Positions 61,616 to 64,000 of a stretch of DNA of 64,000 nt are shown here, piece after piece. The position numbers were made by a program, and so were the translations under genes. Under the pieces are notes generated by a model. That model did not search any database and had not been told where the DNA came from. It was given only the letters and a program-made list of their open reading frames with translations. Within the stretch, counting starts at the first letter, position 1; each line of letters starts with the position of its first letter. The DNA is from Lama glama (lineage: Eukaryota): positions 77,440,001 to 77,504,000 of the forward strand of contig CM052816.1 of assembly GCA_028534125.1 (NCBI GenBank). Direction: 5' to 3'.

Positions 61616-62184
61616 GATCCTGAGTCTTCAGGAGGGGAAGTGATTTGCACTGTGCTCCCTGCTGGCAGTAGAAGAGGCAGCACTCTTCCAGTTCTGGTTC
61701 TAAGTCCAATGAATCTCTTTCATCTTCTCTTTCAGTTATACAGGCAGGTTAAGAAACTGCAGTTTCTACCTTTTACCAATACACCAGACTTATGTTGGAA
61801 AAATACATATTTTGGCACAGAATTAATAGTAAATGACAACCATCATCTTAGCTGGGGGTTACACGGATGATCTGCTGGGCTACTATAAAAAACGTTGCAT
61901 TTTTCAAAATTTTAAAGTATTACATTTTGCTTTGCTGGTGTTAGACAAGTGAATTAAAAATGTTAAGTTTCACTCCAAGTTTTACAGATGAGAAAGCTGA
62001 GGTTTTAGGACTTTCCATCGGTTCACATTTAACTACTTTTGGAACTGGGCTTTGAATCTTTCCTACTCTAGCACATTCTGGGCTTTGCCACCAAATCTTG
62101 TTCAACGGCAGGACTGTAGATTATCCTCAGTGAAGGGCACTGGTCTGGAGCTTTGCAGTGGGCATCTTTTATTTATTAATTTTT

Positions 62185-62739
62185 AAAAATTTCCCAGCAT
62201 CTGTTCCTCCTTTTTCCGATTAATCGCACCACAACCTTCCTTTAAGAAACCAAACCCTCCTGAACTCTCAATTCATGTACTTCAGGTCTGAATCACCCAC
62301 CAGTCCTTAGTTCTAGAGCTCAGAATATGACAAGTGCCTGGCCAGTTAGTGTCCTCTTCTCCTTGGCCACAGAGATTGGCTCAGAGAATGAAGAGGGACT
62401 TAAGCCTGGCCAATTAGAATGAATATTGAGACTCTTAAGTCCGCTGAGAAAGTGCCGCTCTTTTCCAGGGGGGAGCTAAGCTAGTAGACAGCGAGCCTGC
62501 CATGCTTGGTGGCCACCTTGCCACCATATAAGAGCCTTGAAAATGGCTTGAAAATGAAGCCAATGGAGGGGGACACATAGGACAGAGATGAATGGAGACA
62601 GACTGCTGATGTGACACAGAGATGGTCCTCCTTGAATTTAGATTTGCCACCAGACTTGACAGTCACAGGGGCCGATATTACTGCCTCATCTTCTTTCAAG
62701 CCTCTGCCACCTGCAACTCAGTAAGTCCTGCCTGAAACA
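62185..62739 (+). mobile_element. Old MaLR LTR (MLT1K-like)
   Basis: ccttggccacagagattggctcagag...ggccaattagaatgaat...ggtggccaccttgccacca...ctgccacctgcaactcagtaagtcctgcctgaaaca. Confidence 0.65.
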
Positions 62740-63683
62740 AGCTCCGTGCTCAAGCGGTAAAAGAGAGTCGGTGCAGTACTTCTCTGAAGAAACAAATACC
62801 CGTTTCCTACTACCAGAGAATAGGCTAGGAAGTCAAGAAACAAGCAGAGCTAATCAGATCTTGGCAGAACCCTTCATCCCAGCTTCAGAGAGCCTCAGGA
62901 ATGAGGTGCTGAGTTATTCTTTTTATGAATCCATGAAGCAGCTGGCCTCAGACAGACCCATCACATTTAATGCAGAGAACACTGTTCATCGGCTCGGTGC
63001 TTCAATTCAAATTCAGCTCTAACTAGAGTTCAGAGGAAGGGCCTTAGATTGGGAATTACTTTTGCTCGTTGTTTGGTTGGTTGGGGTTTTTTTTTGTTGT
63101 TGTTGTTGTTGTTGTCATTTTCGCTTAAATTAAGATCGCAGCTTTGAGAATCCGTGTTTTTACATCTGTCAGTTCTTAAAAGAACTTCTAATCACTCTTC
63201 TACCCTCTGATAATCTGAATAGGAGAACTGGAGAGGCAGAGAAGAGTCGAAAAAACCAAACCAGGAAACCTGCCCCATGGCAATACATATGCAAAGCAAA
63301 CAATGAATTGTACTTGTTGTTGTAAGCCACCCCCCTCCCCTGGAGAAAAGTCACCATCAAATATACACTTCAAATATAATGTTTCAAAGCCATGGAGGCA
63401 AGTTTCAAGACTGCAATGCAGGCAGGCTTGTCAGCAGTGGTACTTCAGGAGTTTCCAAAGCCGAGGACAGTCTGATGTGGAGATGGAGAAAAGGTGTGAA
63501 CAGATGGGTCTACCAGACGACCCACCACCGAAGAGGGTATAGGAGCTGGCTAAGGGTTGGAGTGTAAATCTAGGCCCCACGCCTTGGCACCTCTTGAATA
63601 CAAATGCAGTGGAGTCTCCCATCACGCTCGTAATACCTGCCGTCAATGCACATTTGGCTTCTGAATGTGACACACAAACTCAC

Positions 63684-63819
63684 CTGATGAATTCCACAGA
63701 ATAGAACTGAATAGGGGATCTTCCGTCGCCCTCCCCAGGCTTCCAAGATAGGGCCACTTCCGAATCAGAAACCACAGTGACGTGCGGCTGCTGGGGTGCA
63801 GCTGGAGGCAGGCAGGAAT
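63684..63819 (-). CDS. EGFLAM: EGFLAM exon 5 (first half of second FN3 domain)
   Basis: cctag|AT...AG|gtgagt; translates (D)[44 protein letters not shown](R); 136 nt. Confidence 0.95.
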
Positions 63820-63886
63820 CTAGGCAGGACAGACAGCAAACAAATAGAGTTGGCTGTAATCTTTGCTACTGGAGAGCTTATATAAT

Positions 63887-63926
63887 ACACACACACACAC
63901 ATATATATATATACACACACATACAT
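63887..63926. repeat. (CA)n(TA)n(CA)n compound microsatellite
   Basis: acacacacacacacatatatatatatacacacacatacat, about 70 nt upstream of the exon 5 acceptor. Confidence 0.85.
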
Positions 63927-64000
63927 AAAATAAACGGCCTCAAAATCCCAACCAAGTAAACACAAAAAATCATCGCAACTGGATTCATGTAAGGTTTGAG

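Overview
Mammalian genomic DNA, very probably camelid (camel, alpaca or llama), based on two tRNA-derived SINEs of the camelid Vic-1 type and no recognisable Alu, Bov-tA or PRE1 elements. The whole window lies inside one gene on the minus strand: EGFLAM (pikachurin; FN3, EGF-like and laminin-G domains). Eleven internal coding exons were read by hand (exons 5-15 by recalled human numbering). All have AG/GT boundaries and splice into one open frame of 1757 nt, running from the second FN3 domain through the acidic linker, EGF1, LG1 and EGF2 into LG2. The introns hold many old interspersed repeats (MIR, L2, L1M, MaLR/ERVL/ERV1 LTRs, hAT-Charlie and Tigger elements). Repeat family names come from recalled consensus sequences and need a Dfam/RepeatMasker check. 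I found no new multi-gene system. The most unusual structure is a ~185-bp fold-back element in intron 9 (20264-20448). It consists of two inverted copies of an LTR 3' end with TG...CA termini and a near-matching 4-bp target duplication. Its centre maps to a hairpin that also exists in a related LTR at 57114-57141. Other points of interest: a three-level nested transposon stack, a SINE with a perfect 24-bp TSD, a perfect 16-bp hairpin, a duplicated CTCF-like motif and an ERRE/CRX motif cluster. Nearly all ORFs in the supplied track are spurious.
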